Assembly (NCBI RefSeq): GCF_018977255.1
Contig: NW_024704743.1
Coordinates: 71,736,001-71,800,000 of the forward strand
Direction: 5' to 3'
DNA length: 64,000 nucleotides
From: Callorhinchus milii
Taxonomy: Eukaryota
The notes under the pieces were generated by a model that saw nothing but the letters and a program-made list of their open reading frames with translations, was not told the origin of the DNA and did not search any database. Both the position numbers and the translations under genes were made by a program. Shown piece after piece: positions 26,915-40,100 of the stretch (within the stretch, counting starts at the first letter, position 1; every line of letters starts with the position of its first letter).

Positions 26915-27185
26915 TAGTGCAAAGCAATGTCCCACAAACAGCCATGAAGTCACTACCAATTTTATTTGAATGGATTGTTGGCTCTAACACCTGGAGAAAC
27001 TCTCTTCTCTTTTTGAAGTGGCAGACTTGGTTTAATGTCTCATCTGAAGGACATCTCCAATTATGTAGTACACCCACAGCACTACATTGGAATGTCAGCC
27101 AAGGCTATATGAGTTCAAATTCCCAATGTGGAGATACAATCCTCTAAATCAGAGGCAAGAGTGCTACCAGCTAAACTTGGCTGAC
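26915..27185 (-). mobile_element. old Deu-SINE fragment
   Basis: GCAATGTCCCACAAACAGCC...TTTAATGTCTCATCTGAAGGAC...AGAGGCAAGAGTGCTACCA. Confidence 0.7.
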
Positions 27186-27368
27186 ACAACAAATTATGAT
27201 AATACAATGAGATTTTCTGAGTTCCATGTTCATTCAATGCGTTGATAACAAAAATATACACAATCTTAAGCAGATTGAGAGGTCCCATTGATGAATCTGT
27301 CACATTAATTAAATTGATTTGTGGCTGAAAAGCCCTGGAACAATTTTTACTGATGCAAAAAGTAGACA

Positions 27369-27482
27369 CCAATTGGCTTTTCATTAAGTTATAAAGCTCC
27401 CATTAGTGGTAGCACTATTTTCATTTGGTTCCATAACACATCCATTGGTGTTTGTGTTTTTGCTCAGGGACTCATTCACAAG
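27369..27482 (+). promoter_or_regulatory. candidate core promoter and non-coding first exon of the V-ATPase a gene
   Basis: CCAATTGG at 27369, TATAAAG at 27390, Inr-like CTATTTT/TCATTT at 27415-27426, strong donor AAG|gtaagg at 27483 about 500 nt upstream of the ATG exon. Confidence 0.5.
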
Positions 27483-27985
27483 GTAAGGTTAATTTTATAA
27501 CTATTAATATTATTGTTGGGCCAGAATCCACTTGCTGTTCATTTATCACTTTCATAAACTGATGTAGACAGCTCATGTTGCACAGCTTGCTTTGAATTGT
27601 CACCCGTTTTTATTCTTGTTCATAGAACCACTAACAATTCTTCCTCAGAATAGAGTGCTTTATTTGGGATTGGTGGCATTTTGTTAACAAGATTTGCGAG
27701 CGATTCACTTCTTCCAATAAAAATATTCACACTGTGAAGCATCCTGGTCAGATTCCTTTGGTCAGGTGCTGCTGCTGCAGTTGTAGTTGATTTCCGACAC
27801 GTTCCAAAATCAATGAGATGAACAAAAAGCTTTGGAATATCACTTCAGTTCATTTATCACTTTCACAAAGTGATGTACACAGCCCATGTTTCGCCAGGAA
27901 GAGGGTCTATTATCATTTTTTACCAAATACTGCAAAAATAATTGTTTCTTCAGTATTACTCTTAGCAGACAGACCCCGAGTGAAA

Positions 27986-28102
27986 ATGAGCTCCATCTTC
28001 CGAAGCGAAGAGATGTGCTTAGTCCAACTTTTCTTCCAGACTGAAACAGCATACTACTGTATTAACGCACTGGGAGAGCTGGGGATGGTGCAGTTCAGAG
28101 AT
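27986..28102 (+). CDS. ATP6V0A1-like: V-ATPase subunit a coding exon 1 (117 nt): [39 protein letters not shown]
   Basis: ATG at 27986 in context GAAAATGA; FRSEEM and LGELG..QFRD motifs; donor GAT|gtgagt; upstream acceptor cluster cttagcagacag at 27961-27972. Confidence 0.96.
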
Positions 28103-31100
28103 GTGAGTTATTTTTGAAGGAGCTCCTTATTTATGTGCTTAACACAGTGAAAGTCTTTTTTTATTTGCTTGTAAATAGACTTATAATAATAATAATAATA
28201 ATCCTTGCATTTGATATAGCGCTTTTCACGTCGGGAGGACGTCCCAAAGCGCTTCACAGAATATACTGTAAAGTGAATTGACTGTATATTTGTGGGCGAA
28301 CGCAGCAGCCAATTGCGCACAGCAATGTCCTACAAACAGTCATAGATTGAAAATGACCAATTTATTATTGTTGTTTTTTGGAGGGATTACTATTAGGCGT
28401 GTGGAGTAAGGAAACTTGCCCAAGGTTTTGCCCTGCCTGGAATTGAACTCAGGTCTCTCACTTGCAAAGCGAGTGCTCTAACCACTGAGCTACAGGACTC
28501 CACTAACTTCACCCTACCCTTCATACCTGAGCACCTCCCTATCTCTTTAATTGCTTCCTAGTTCACTCCTCTACTCCATTCAGCTAACACAAGCTTGCCG
28601 TGGGTCCCCTGATCTATCCACATCACCATCAGTGGCTAAACTTTCCAATTCTACACCCCAAACTTCTGAAACTCCCTTCTTCAACCCTTCCATCTCGCAC
28701 CCTCTCTATCTGTCTTCAAGTCCAACCTTAAAAGGATAGTAAGAGTACAGAGGAAATGGAATTCTTCCAAAAAAAATCATCACTGAGATTGCAAACTAAA
28801 TACAGGGAAATCTTGTCATAATCTTGTCAGTCAACTGGGTCCAATGTCTCAGGAGCTCCATTATAAGTGAGGGATGAGAAAGGGTTGAATAACCTCTCCC
28901 CCGCCACCTTCAAATCCTACCTAAAAATCTTGCTTACGATCACCTCCCCCCTCTCTCTCCTCCTGGCACATTGTTAGGCTTCTGCCACTGTCAAGCATTC
29001 CATGACACTACCCCGTGTGAAAGGTGCTATATAAATGCAATTTGTTGTTGTTGTTGACTGAGAGACTAAAGAAAGGCAGGGCACCAGGCCCGGATCAAGT
29101 GCACACAAGAGTACTTAAGGAAATGGGCATCATGAATGGTATCTGAGAATTACAGGACAAGGACACCGTTTTAACAAAAGAATTAAAACAAAAACCCAGA
29201 TTAATCAAAAGGCCATTGGAACAATATTGTAGGTCAACCTGAAGGAATGGAGCATCTAGTGAAATATAAAATTATAGGGTACACTCATCGTGGCTTTTTG
29301 AGAAAGGGGTTGTGCATGACAAATCTATGAGAGTTCTTGAAGAATTAATAGAACTTGTTGGCAAGAGTCTTCAGTAGCTGGAAATATTCAGACAAGGTTC
29401 AGGGGAGATCGTATTGAAGATTCTAGAAGGTATATAATAGACTGAACCCTAATAATACATTTAGGTGATATATTATATCTAGAACCAGGGGAAACGGACT
29501 GAAGCTCAGTTGAAGGAAGGTGAAAAATCAGTTCAGATTCAATTATTTTACACAAAGAACGGTGACTATGTGAAAGAGGGAGAAGTGAAGGCAGATTGTG
29601 TTGATAAATTCAAGAGGGAATTAGATCAGCTATTTTGGTGAAGAATTCAATTGAGGAGAGTTTGAGAGAGTACAAGTTTTTTTTTACTTTGAGATTGACC
29701 AGATGGTTCTTTTCCAGTTCTGTTTATTCCTATGCCCTTCAGAATGCAAAATTTTTCCCAGTCACGTTCTCATGAAAATCATTTGCTGCATATTAATCTT
29801 GTTTTTAATTTGCTGCATGCAGTTCCAGAATGTTTATTTTAATGAAATATGAATCAGTGGTTGAAAAGGTATCAGCAGAAGATTAAAGTCAGATAAACTC
29901 TTCAGTTCAACTTACACAAGAGTAATTGTTCAATCATATTTCATTTGATTCTTCCCACAATCGCACAGCTGAATCCAGGCACTATCATTTTCCAGAGGAA
30001 GTTTGTGAATGAGGTCAAGCGATGTCAAGAGATGGAGAGAATTCTACGTAGGTTTTTCTATGGAGATCATTTCCTATTTATATAGTTAACATTTTACTCC
30101 TGTCATTTATAAAAGATGAATTAGCTCCACAATTATTGCAAAGTGACAAGTGCTTGAATTTCAAGGTGTTTCTCACAATGCAAATCTTCCTTTCCAGACT
30201 TTTTAGAGAAAGAAATTACAAAGGCTAATATTCCAATCATTGAAAGTGGTGAAATTGATAAGGCACCTTGCCCGAGGGATGTAATTGAATTAGAGGTCAG
30301 TATTGATTTCAGCAAAAGCTGTCTGTCCCATTTACTGCTTCTACAGCAAATTGCTGTGTTCTGTTTCTTTCAACACAGATGGCTTTATAATGTCTGCAAA
30401 ATGTATTGTAAAATGAAATTCTGTTGCCGCGAATGAAGAATTTATGTACCCAGTCATGGAAATAGCACAGCGCTGTCCTATGGATTGAAAGATTACTGCA
30501 GTGAGTTTTCTATGGAGAAGATATAAATATGAATATGCAACATTTTGTTTTTCTATTTTTGTTCTTCCCACTCCTTTCTTTCTTCCCCTCCCTTCGCTCA
30601 GTGAACACTGGTCTGCTTCATGTCCCCCGCCCTATCCACCCCACCATGAGCCAAACTTGTGAATGAAGGTGAGCTTTCAGCAATTCTGCCCTTTCTCTCT
30701 GGAACTCCTTCCCAGAGGCTTATTGACTTACCTCTTTGACCACGCTTTCAATCATCTTTCTCCACAACCATCTTTCTTCCCCCATTCAGGTGCCCAGCCA
30801 GCATTATAAAATGCTTTGAGACGTCCTCCCTACCTAAAAGGCACCCTATCAATGTAAATTGTAGTGTATTGTAGCCAACTGTTAAGGTAAGTTTCCATGA
30901 CTATGGGTAGCTATCCAATACCAGTGTGAAGTGACAATTTGTCCTGTGAAAACCGAGAGAGACAGTGAATATTGTCAGATCAATTAACCATTGAAAGCAT
31001 GACAGCTGAACACTATCTGACCCTGACATCCACACCAGCAAAAGTCATTGCAAAGTAATCAGGAGCAAGAGACCTGGCTGAATTTTCTCTTCTCTATCCT

Positions 31101-34100
31101 TTGTTAGCCCCTCAACTGTTGTTCAAGAATACCTAACTCAGCACAGTTTAGGAATCGAAGGTGCGACATTCTGATCTGTGTATTTAGTTTTACAGTTTGC
31201 TAACTAGGTCATTGGGAAAACAGGAAATATATTTTACAGTGAAAACGCAAGTGCACTGTGGATATAGTTGAATTTTCTTTTAAAACTATTTGATTTTTTT
31301 ATATTTTTACACATATTTCTATAGAAATTAACCATTTAGCGTTGAATGTATCTTCCCTTGCCTGCTCTTAGCTTTCTTATTGTAATAATCCATCCAAAAA
31401 AAGACAGCTGTATGGTCCAGGCCCAACCATCTCTGTGACTACCACCCATGGTTCTCCATGATCAGCCATCAGGAGCAGTGTCTGGTACTGACCCTTCCAG
31501 TGCTTCTTTGCCCTGTGTGTAGAGCTGCAGGTCAAGAGCTGGCAAACCTTGCTCAGCAAAGGCAGGTCAGTCAGAGAGAAACTCAAAGAGGTCAGTCACA
31601 GTCAAAGGAGGTGAAAACTCTAGCCCCTGGTTAGGAACTCAATCATCTATGATAGCAGTTTGCCCATCTGTTGTTATTGTATGAGCAGTTTCCTCGTATT
31701 AGACTCCACCTCCTTCCCCTCAGGCATCACTCCAGTTGTGTCATTTTATTGAGGGTTCCCATTTGGGTTAGGATCCGTGTCTACCAATACTATTATCCTG
31801 GATGGGTAAAGTAGTCAAACACTATAGAATATCTACTCTTTACCAATAACAACAACTTGCTTTTCTGTCGTGCCCTTCAAGCAGGATAGGGTTATCGTTA
31901 TCAGTGACAGAGCTAAAATCTTCACAATTGTGTTTTCTACAATTGTTCTCAGTGGATTAAATTACTTTTAGTCTGAGAACAAGTCTGCTTTTCAGGCAGT
32001 TTAGTTACCCGGTTCCTCAGTACCTGAGTAATGCGTATCACAGGACATAATGAGACACAGCACTTGCATTTCTCATGTAATCCAATAACTATAACCCCCA
32101 TGACTGACTGATTTTTTTCATAATGAGGCAGAAACACTGGGGTCAAAATTGCAACATTTTCTAACAGATTGTTTCACAAACATCACATTTTAACACCCTC
32201 TGTGTGCAACTGCAAGTCTCGAATGTATCCTTACACCAAAAGCTAACAATAATAACATTTTAATTATTTCCTTCTACACAGCATAATAGATTTGGACAAC
32301 ACATTGTTATCTTGTTAATTCACGCAATATTTGGCCATTGGATAGGATGAAGAAATAATTTGCGATGACGCTTTAAGAGAGAAATGTACGTGTGTATTAA
32401 AAGATGCAAAAGAACCATTGGTGTTAACAGATTTCATATCTTATTTGTCATTTCAGATAAAATAGACATTTTAAGCCCTCTTATAAAATGATGCCTTAAC
32501 ATTTCAATCTATTGTCCTCTCAGCAAATCAATTTTAATTAGATTTATCTGCCCCCTTTTAAAGTGCACTGTGCAGTGCTGGAGGGAATTCAAGCAGTAAA
32601 ATCTCCACAATTTCTCATTTAGGCTGCTTTTGAAAAGCTAGAAAAAGAGTTGAAAGAGATCAACACAAACCAGGAAGCTTTGAAAAATAATTGCTTGGAG
32701 CTGACGGAGCTAAAATTCCTTCTTCAGATAACTGAAGATTTCTTTGAAGAGGTATGTCACTTTGTGCCACATATGTCCTGAATGCATTTGTGTTATTGGA
32801 CCATCATGGAATAACAAGTGCCTCAAATGCTGTCAAACAAAATATTAAAGTCCCCCTATATGTGGGAAATATATTAAAATGTCTATTTTTGTTTTTAGAA
32901 AATACTCAGAGGGGCTAACAGTGAGGTTTGGAGTCTATCTGGGGTGCCTTAGGCCTAACCTCAGATTTAATTCCCCCAACCCCAATCTGCCTCATCCACA
33001 TCACCATATAACCATTTAACCATATAACCAATAATATTATTATTATTGTTAACCATTAGTGTGTTCAGTCTGTTATTGTGTTATCATGTGGCCTGACTGA
33101 TAAAACTATAATTACAATCTCATAATTATATTCTTCCTCATGTAATTACGAGAACACATTAGGCAGGTATGTTATCTATTTGCAGTGAGACATTCGCTCC
33201 TTGAAAGGACTTAGGATTTTCAGGTAAAATGATCCCAATTCTTGGGAATGAATCTGATTGGTGATTGTCTATCATAGCTGTCCGTCATCAGGAAGGTGGG
33301 CCCTAGATGATGAGTGACTGTGGAAGCTGTTGGGCATCATGGAGGTCAGGTTCTGGGCAATGCTTGGCTGTTTTGAGCTGTCAGTCACCTAGATGGTCAG
33401 CTCTGGGGTGACAAGTATCAAGAGCCAATAATGAGAACACTCGGGAATTCACATGAAAACTTGTTTAGCTAATCCACCCCTGACCATTACAGATGTAGAC
33501 TATTCCTTGACTGGAAAGTCAAATTATGATTGGCGAAAACTTTTTTTCACTTAGTTTTTACTTTCACCACAAATCAACATAAACAACCAATATGCTCAGC
33601 TGAGGGATACAAACAGACTCCTGCCAACTAGCAGCACAAAGGGCAGGCTGTAGCTTCTGCAACAAAATGCTGACAAGCTTTACTGAAGTGTTTTAGCTGG
33701 CACAGCAGAAACCATCAGGATCAGCTGCCATGCTGTGACAATGACCGCAATTTAATTTTGGAATGATTCTTTTTCTTGATTGCTGCAGAGAAGGCTCATT
33801 GTGCAGCGTTTACATTCATTTCATTCTTTTTCTCATCCGGCCCTTCCTCTCAACTGTAAATAAGTCCAATAATGTCATAAAACCAATATTTGAGTTACAA
33901 CCGAGGGTGAAATAAAGGCTCAAGCTGAGGGTATTCAAGATCAAATTCAAGATTCCCGACCGCACTTTCAGTTGTCTCCACAGTTTCACCCCATCATATC
34001 TCTACGTCCTCCAGCAACTCTACTGACGGCCATTCTTTCCGTCCAGCAAGCACCAGCCTGCTTCACGTCCCCCACCCACTCTGTGCTGCCATCACTACCT

Positions 34101-37100
34101 CATGACTAAATTAACACAACCACAGTAACTAAAACTTGCATTTATACACCATCCTTCACATAAGAGTAACATCTCATAGTGCTTATGATGGCATAGAAGT
34201 TATGATGGCATGAAGGAGAATTTTGGCAGAATCGGATATGAGGTAGGGATGGAGGTGGATGATGTGGCAAAGATGCAGAAAAGTTACTTGGTCGGAGATC
34301 ATATGTGAGGGAGGAAAGAGAGCTGCAGATTGCACCAAAAGCCAAGGTGGCATACTAGTTCAGGGAGTTTGAGAGAGACCAGGAAGGTTGAGGATGTCAG
34401 CAACAATAGCAAGGAGTAGTTAGAGAAGGAAGTTCAAGGAAAAACAAGCAGTGACCTATTTTTGGATAGTGGCTTCCAAACAAATTCTACATCTCTCTTT
34501 CAGGCTGAATTAAATTTATCATCATTAGTCTTTTAGCCATTAGCTTTTTAGTTTCATTAAAATAATAATCCTTGCATTTGATATAGCTCTCTATCACGTC
34601 TTCGAGACGTCTCAAAGCGCTTCACAGAATATACTGTAAAATGAATTGACTGTATATTTTGTGGACAAAACACGGCAGCCAATTGCACACAGCTGTGTTC
34701 CACAAACAGTCGTGGATTGAGTGACCAATTTATTATTATTATATTTGGTGCTTGGTGAATATTTAGACAATCCAGGCTGAGATTGTGAATCCAAGATATA
34801 AGATATGACGGGGATGAACTCTAGCATTTTCTGATAGAACCAGTATAAATGGGTAATTTCTATGAACTTGTGAAGTATTAGATTTTTTGAAGTGGAATCC
34901 TGTTGTATCATTCACAATGTTTTACACTCCGTCATCAAAAACAAACCATTATTACTTTATGGATAGCTTCCTTTAAAATACTCTGATTCCAATTAAACAG
35001 TATCCTTCTTAACGCGATGGTAAGCTAATTTGTTAGAGGATTCTCCATTTAACAGCAGAAGAAGTTGGGCAACCTTTGCTGAATTATGAATCCACATCCT
35101 TTGTCAAAAGGTTCAACCTGTCTTCTGAAGCAAACCATTTTTTAATAGAAACAAATCAATTAAATAGATATACTTCACCAAGTCTGTTTCAAAACAAAGG
35201 ATTGATGTTCTTGAAAGACGTCCGATTTAAATTCAGCTCTATCTTGAATCCTCCCTTCTAATCCTGTTCTCAGTGTAACACTTAACAGAACCTCATTATT
35301 TTTGTCGTTAATGTAATTAAATTAATGTGAGCCATCATTTACACTTAAATTAGCTTTAATGTAATTCTTCATTACAATCTGAATATTGTGTTTTATAGGC
35401 ATTGTGCACGATAGTTTACATGATACACTGAAGCTTCCTTCAAAGATAATCCCATGTTTTACCAAGAAAATAATGGGGTTGATTTTCCATATGTTGGATT
35501 CTAAGGACTTTCACAGAGGAATTTTTTGGCCATTGTGAACAGTTTCTGAATATATAGGAACATTACAGTTTCCTATAATGAGTCCCCTAATACCTGCCAT
35601 TTCACTTTTTTGTCGACATAGGCAGGATGTCAATATAAACTGGTAAGTGAGTAGGACTGTATCACAAAACAAACTTGGGAGGTTATCACCTTCAGGTTCA
35701 ATAATTCAGGCTCAGGTCACCAAACGTGTTGGGAGGTTAGAAAATGTTTACACGTGGTAAAAAAGATAAAGCTGAAATGTCCAATCAACTGCCTGACATG
35801 CAAAAACATGAAGACTACCACATATCATGTTGTGCAAATCAACAATACCTAGATTTGAATCATTGTTTTAATATCCATATATTTCTGATTACTCATAAAT
35901 TCAGGTAATGGGAAAGGTCATGGTATAACAAAATAGAAATTTGAGCTTTATTATAGAAGATAGTTTATAATGATCGTATATCTTGTAATGATATTTCATT
36001 GCCATTGCACGGTTTGTTCCATATTCAGTATAAAGTCCTGTTTATCTTAGAAAAGCCCTGGCTTAGCTGTCATGACCATGGAGACCAAACATTTGCTGAA
36101 CAATGGAGAGTATCGTCGTGTGTCCGGTTGTTTCTGTGTTTCCCTGACATTTGTATATTGTGCAATGAAGTTATGAGCTATAAGATGAAATACCCAATTA
36201 ACTAGGTATCCAGACAAGGATGAATGCCTTAGGAAGAAGTTTAAGTGTTGATTGTGAGTATCTGTGCATTCAAATGTAAAACTTTTATCGTAGAATCATT
36301 AGAACATTTACAGCACAAAAGACCCCATGACACAATGATTGAAGAAACACTTAGTAGTTGAGGTAGCCAATGGAAATGATTGCAGGTATCTTAATCTACA
36401 CCCGTGCATATTCAATAACACATCACAATCTCTGGGAAGAAAGGATTGATGTAGAATTGTTCCTGTTTCTCCAGCTGTTGATCTGTACCACTAATAGAAA
36501 AGTCTGAGCCTGTAAGCTGGCCTCAACATTTCAATCAAGCATTTTTTGCATGTAGCTAGACCTCATTCTTTCCTAATGCCTATTAAATCTTCACCAGATG
36601 ACTGCTATGAACCAGAGGCAAAAACATTCAGAGCATCTGTGATCTTCACAGCCACAGGCTGAGCAGCTCTTGTCGCAGTGGTTTCAGCTGAGATCAGATT
36701 GGCAGTGCACTAATAAAAGTAAATTTCATGTAGGCACTAACATGCTTCTTACAGCGCTTACAGCAGTGATACTGTGAACCAGATTACAGTTTGTTGTTAG
36801 TGCAGAGAATATTAAAGGGAGGATGAAGACCATTCTAGAATGCTCTTATAATTATTTGTCCCTCAATTATCTTTTAAACCCCACAGGTGTGCAATGATCT
36901 GTTCTGCCTTTCTCCACCTCTGCCACTATCTCTCCCCTCAGGCTGCTGAGATCCTCATCCATGGTTTAATTACATCCAGGTTTGACTATGCTATCTCCCT
37001 GCTCACCAGACTTCCCAATTCCTCTCTCTACAAGTTGCAGATTATTCAGAATTCTGCAGCTCATGTACTCTCCTCACTAGGCTTCACTGGCTCCCCATCC

Positions 37101-40100
37101 CTCAGAGGATGGAGTTCAAGATCTTTGTCCTCAACTATAATGCCCTCCATGGTCTACCTCCTCCCTACCTCTGTAACCTATTAAAACTTCATCAACCTGT
37201 CCACTCGCTCTGCTCCACATACCCTGCGCTGCCTACTCCACCATCAGCGGTCAGGCCTTCAGCCTTTCTGCCCCCACCCTCTGGAACTCCATCCCTCCAC
37301 CTCTTCCCCTCCCTTGCCTGCTTCAAGGCCTGTCACAAGACCTTTCTCTCAACTGTGCCTTCGGTAATCTGCTCACCTCTCCCCTTGCCCTCTACCTCTC
37401 TTGATTCCAGCCCTCAGCTCGAGTGCAAACCCATCACTTTCCAGCGCCTTGGGATGACCTCCCAACAAGAAAGGCGCTATATAAATGCAATTTGTTGTTA
37501 TAGATGTGATAATCATCAAAATGATTGAGCTCAAATCTGCTTCTAGAGGCCATTAAGACAGCCACTGTGACCATTTAACATGCCACTCGTGGCATTTTAT
37601 AGCACTGGAGTTAAATGATAATTATGAGAATACCATCTTAACTTTCTTTTTAGAATGGATTTAAGGCATTTGTCATCAGAGAGATTAACAGAGCAGAAAT
37701 TCTATCGGTGTAGTATTACACTGAATGACATACTTTGCAGCTCCATGTTACAGTTTTGGCTTACTTACAATATTTTTCGCCTTTGAATAAAATGATCCTA
37801 TATTTACCCTTTCAATTTGAAACAAGTGTAAAAAATAGAGGAACTGATTCTCTGCCAATGGGAGGTATATTAGAAAATCACTTTGAGGTTGGTAGGCATT
37901 ATTTTTTTTTAATGTGTATTGGGCTTTCGTTTTTCAGGCAGAGTCTCAGCTCTCAGGCTCTGAGCTCCCCTCTGAAGAGTCAGTGTCTGTAACCGCATTT
38001 TCAAGAAGACTCAGCAGCACGAGTGGAGGAGGACGTCTGAAATTGAGGTAATTTTAGTCTATCATATGTTATTGAAAGATCTGTGAAAACGTTTGAATAA
38101 TAATCCTTGCAATCAATATAATAATTATAACACTGAAACACTTCAAAGTGCTTCACAAGTAATTGCTGTCAAGTATGGTAATTGTATGCGCAGCAGACAG
38201 TTTGTATATAGCAATGACCCACAAACAGGCATGAAGTCAAAGCCCAATTTTGGGGGAAGATCATTGGACAGGGCACCAGGAGAAACTCCTTTTTCAAAAG
38301 TGTCATGAGATCTTTAACATCCAACTTAAACAGACAGATGGACCTTGGTTAATGTCTCATCCAAGGATTGGCACTTCTGACTGCACAATTACACTGCACT
38401 GGAATGTCAGACTAGAATGGGAGCTCAAAACCTCAAAAAGTGAGGCTTGAACCACAACCACTTCGGAACCAGAGGCGAGAGTGGTTTCCAATTGCACCAA
38501 TCTGATACATGTGTGTGCAGCCAAGCTTCAATAATAATAACACGTGCATTTAATGTATCACCTTATCATGTCAGAATACCACAAAGTTCTTTATACTTTG
38601 TGAACAATAAAAAATAATAAAAACGTGGTCACTCAACTACGGTTGTTTGTGGGACACTGCTGTGCACAATTGGCTGCCATGTTTCGCCCGCAAAAGATAC
38701 AGTTAATTCACTTTATATTCTGTGAAATGATAGTGATGCCTTAAAGATGTGATAAGGCACAATATCAAATGCAAGGATTATTATTATACAAGTTACTTTG
38801 AATGCTTTTACTGTTGTTATGTAAGCCAACACAGTAATTAGTGAGTGCCAGCAATGCTATTGTGACTAATCAATCTTTGGGGGAGTTTGAATGAGGAATT
38901 GCGAGTCAAGACACCAGGGGAACTCTCTTCCTCAAAATATTGTCAAAGGACATTTAATGTCCATCTCAATTACTGGAACAAGTTTAACATTTCATCCAAA
39001 TAAGTGTACTTCCAGCAATACAGCACTCTTTTTGCATTGCCCTGCAGTGTCAGCTTGGATTATGAACTCAAGTCCTGGTGTAGATCTTGATCCCATTAGG
39101 TTTAAATGTAATGAATAAATATGATCTCTTATGTGTATTTTGTACAGCTTTGTGGCTGGAGTGATCAAGCGAGAAAGGTTTCCTGCTTTCGAGAGATTAC
39201 TATGGAGAGTCTGCCATGGAAACATTGTTTTACGTCATGTCAAAATTGATGTCCCAGTGGAGGATCCCATGGCTGTAAGAAATCAATTTCTGATTGTTCA
39301 TCAATGGTCTATGAGCATTTGCAACCACCAGATTTGTGTCCTTTTTGTCTTATTATAATGATTTAACAAAATAGCTTGTCAAGGTTACAAATGCCTCTAA
39401 GACCAGGGCTCCCTCTGCCTCCTTTTCCTATTGGATATCTCAGCTGTTTTGGCACATGCCATTCTCCTTGGTTGTCTCTCCTCCCTTAACCATCTCAGTG
39501 AGACTGCTCTCCCCTGGTTCAAGTCCTACTTGACCCATTAACACTATTCTGTCTCCTCTAATGGTTCCTCCTCCCGCCTCACACAATCACATGTGATGTA
39601 CACTAAGGCTCTATTCTCAGCCCTCTCTTTTTTTCATTTACATGCTCCTTTGTGTTCATAGCATCCACATACATGGGGCCAACTTCCACATATATGCGCA
39701 TGACATCAAAATCTATTTTCCCTCCTCTAGTCATAATGCCAGTCTTATCAATATTCTGACTGCAAGCTTGACTGATATGAAGGCCTGGATGAGCATTAAC
39801 TTTTTACAGCTGAACATGGACAATACAGAAGCCAACCTCCTTGGCACCCGTCAACGTCTTCTCACTAGTGGTTCTAAAATCCCTAAACTTCCCTGCCTAT
39901 CCCTCAAACTCACTAAACATGTACACAACCTTGTTCGTTGATTGGTACATCGCTTTTCTGGGGGTAATAATCCCTTCAAAAATAAAAATAATAATTTGGT
40001 CAGTCAATCTACAACAGTTTGTGGAACACTGCTGTGCGCAATTGATTACCTTGTTTTGCCCACAAAATATAGAGAGTCAATTCACTTTACAGTATATTCC

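Noticed and set aside
26132..28502. Inverted young SINE pair around the ATG exon as a circRNA driver
   Set aside because: If transcription starts near 27420, the upstream copy is not in the pre-mRNA.
31377..31620. Gypsy integrase-like remnant ([16 protein letters not shown]) on the minus strand
   Set aside because: Only a few residues of resemblance; no other retroelement domain or LTR seen.
35037..35110. Possible alternative linker exon [24 protein letters not shown] (phase 0 to 2)
   Set aside because: Phase fits, but the acceptor lacks a pyrimidine tract and the donor (gttcaa) is poor; exon 37938-38047 is far better supported.
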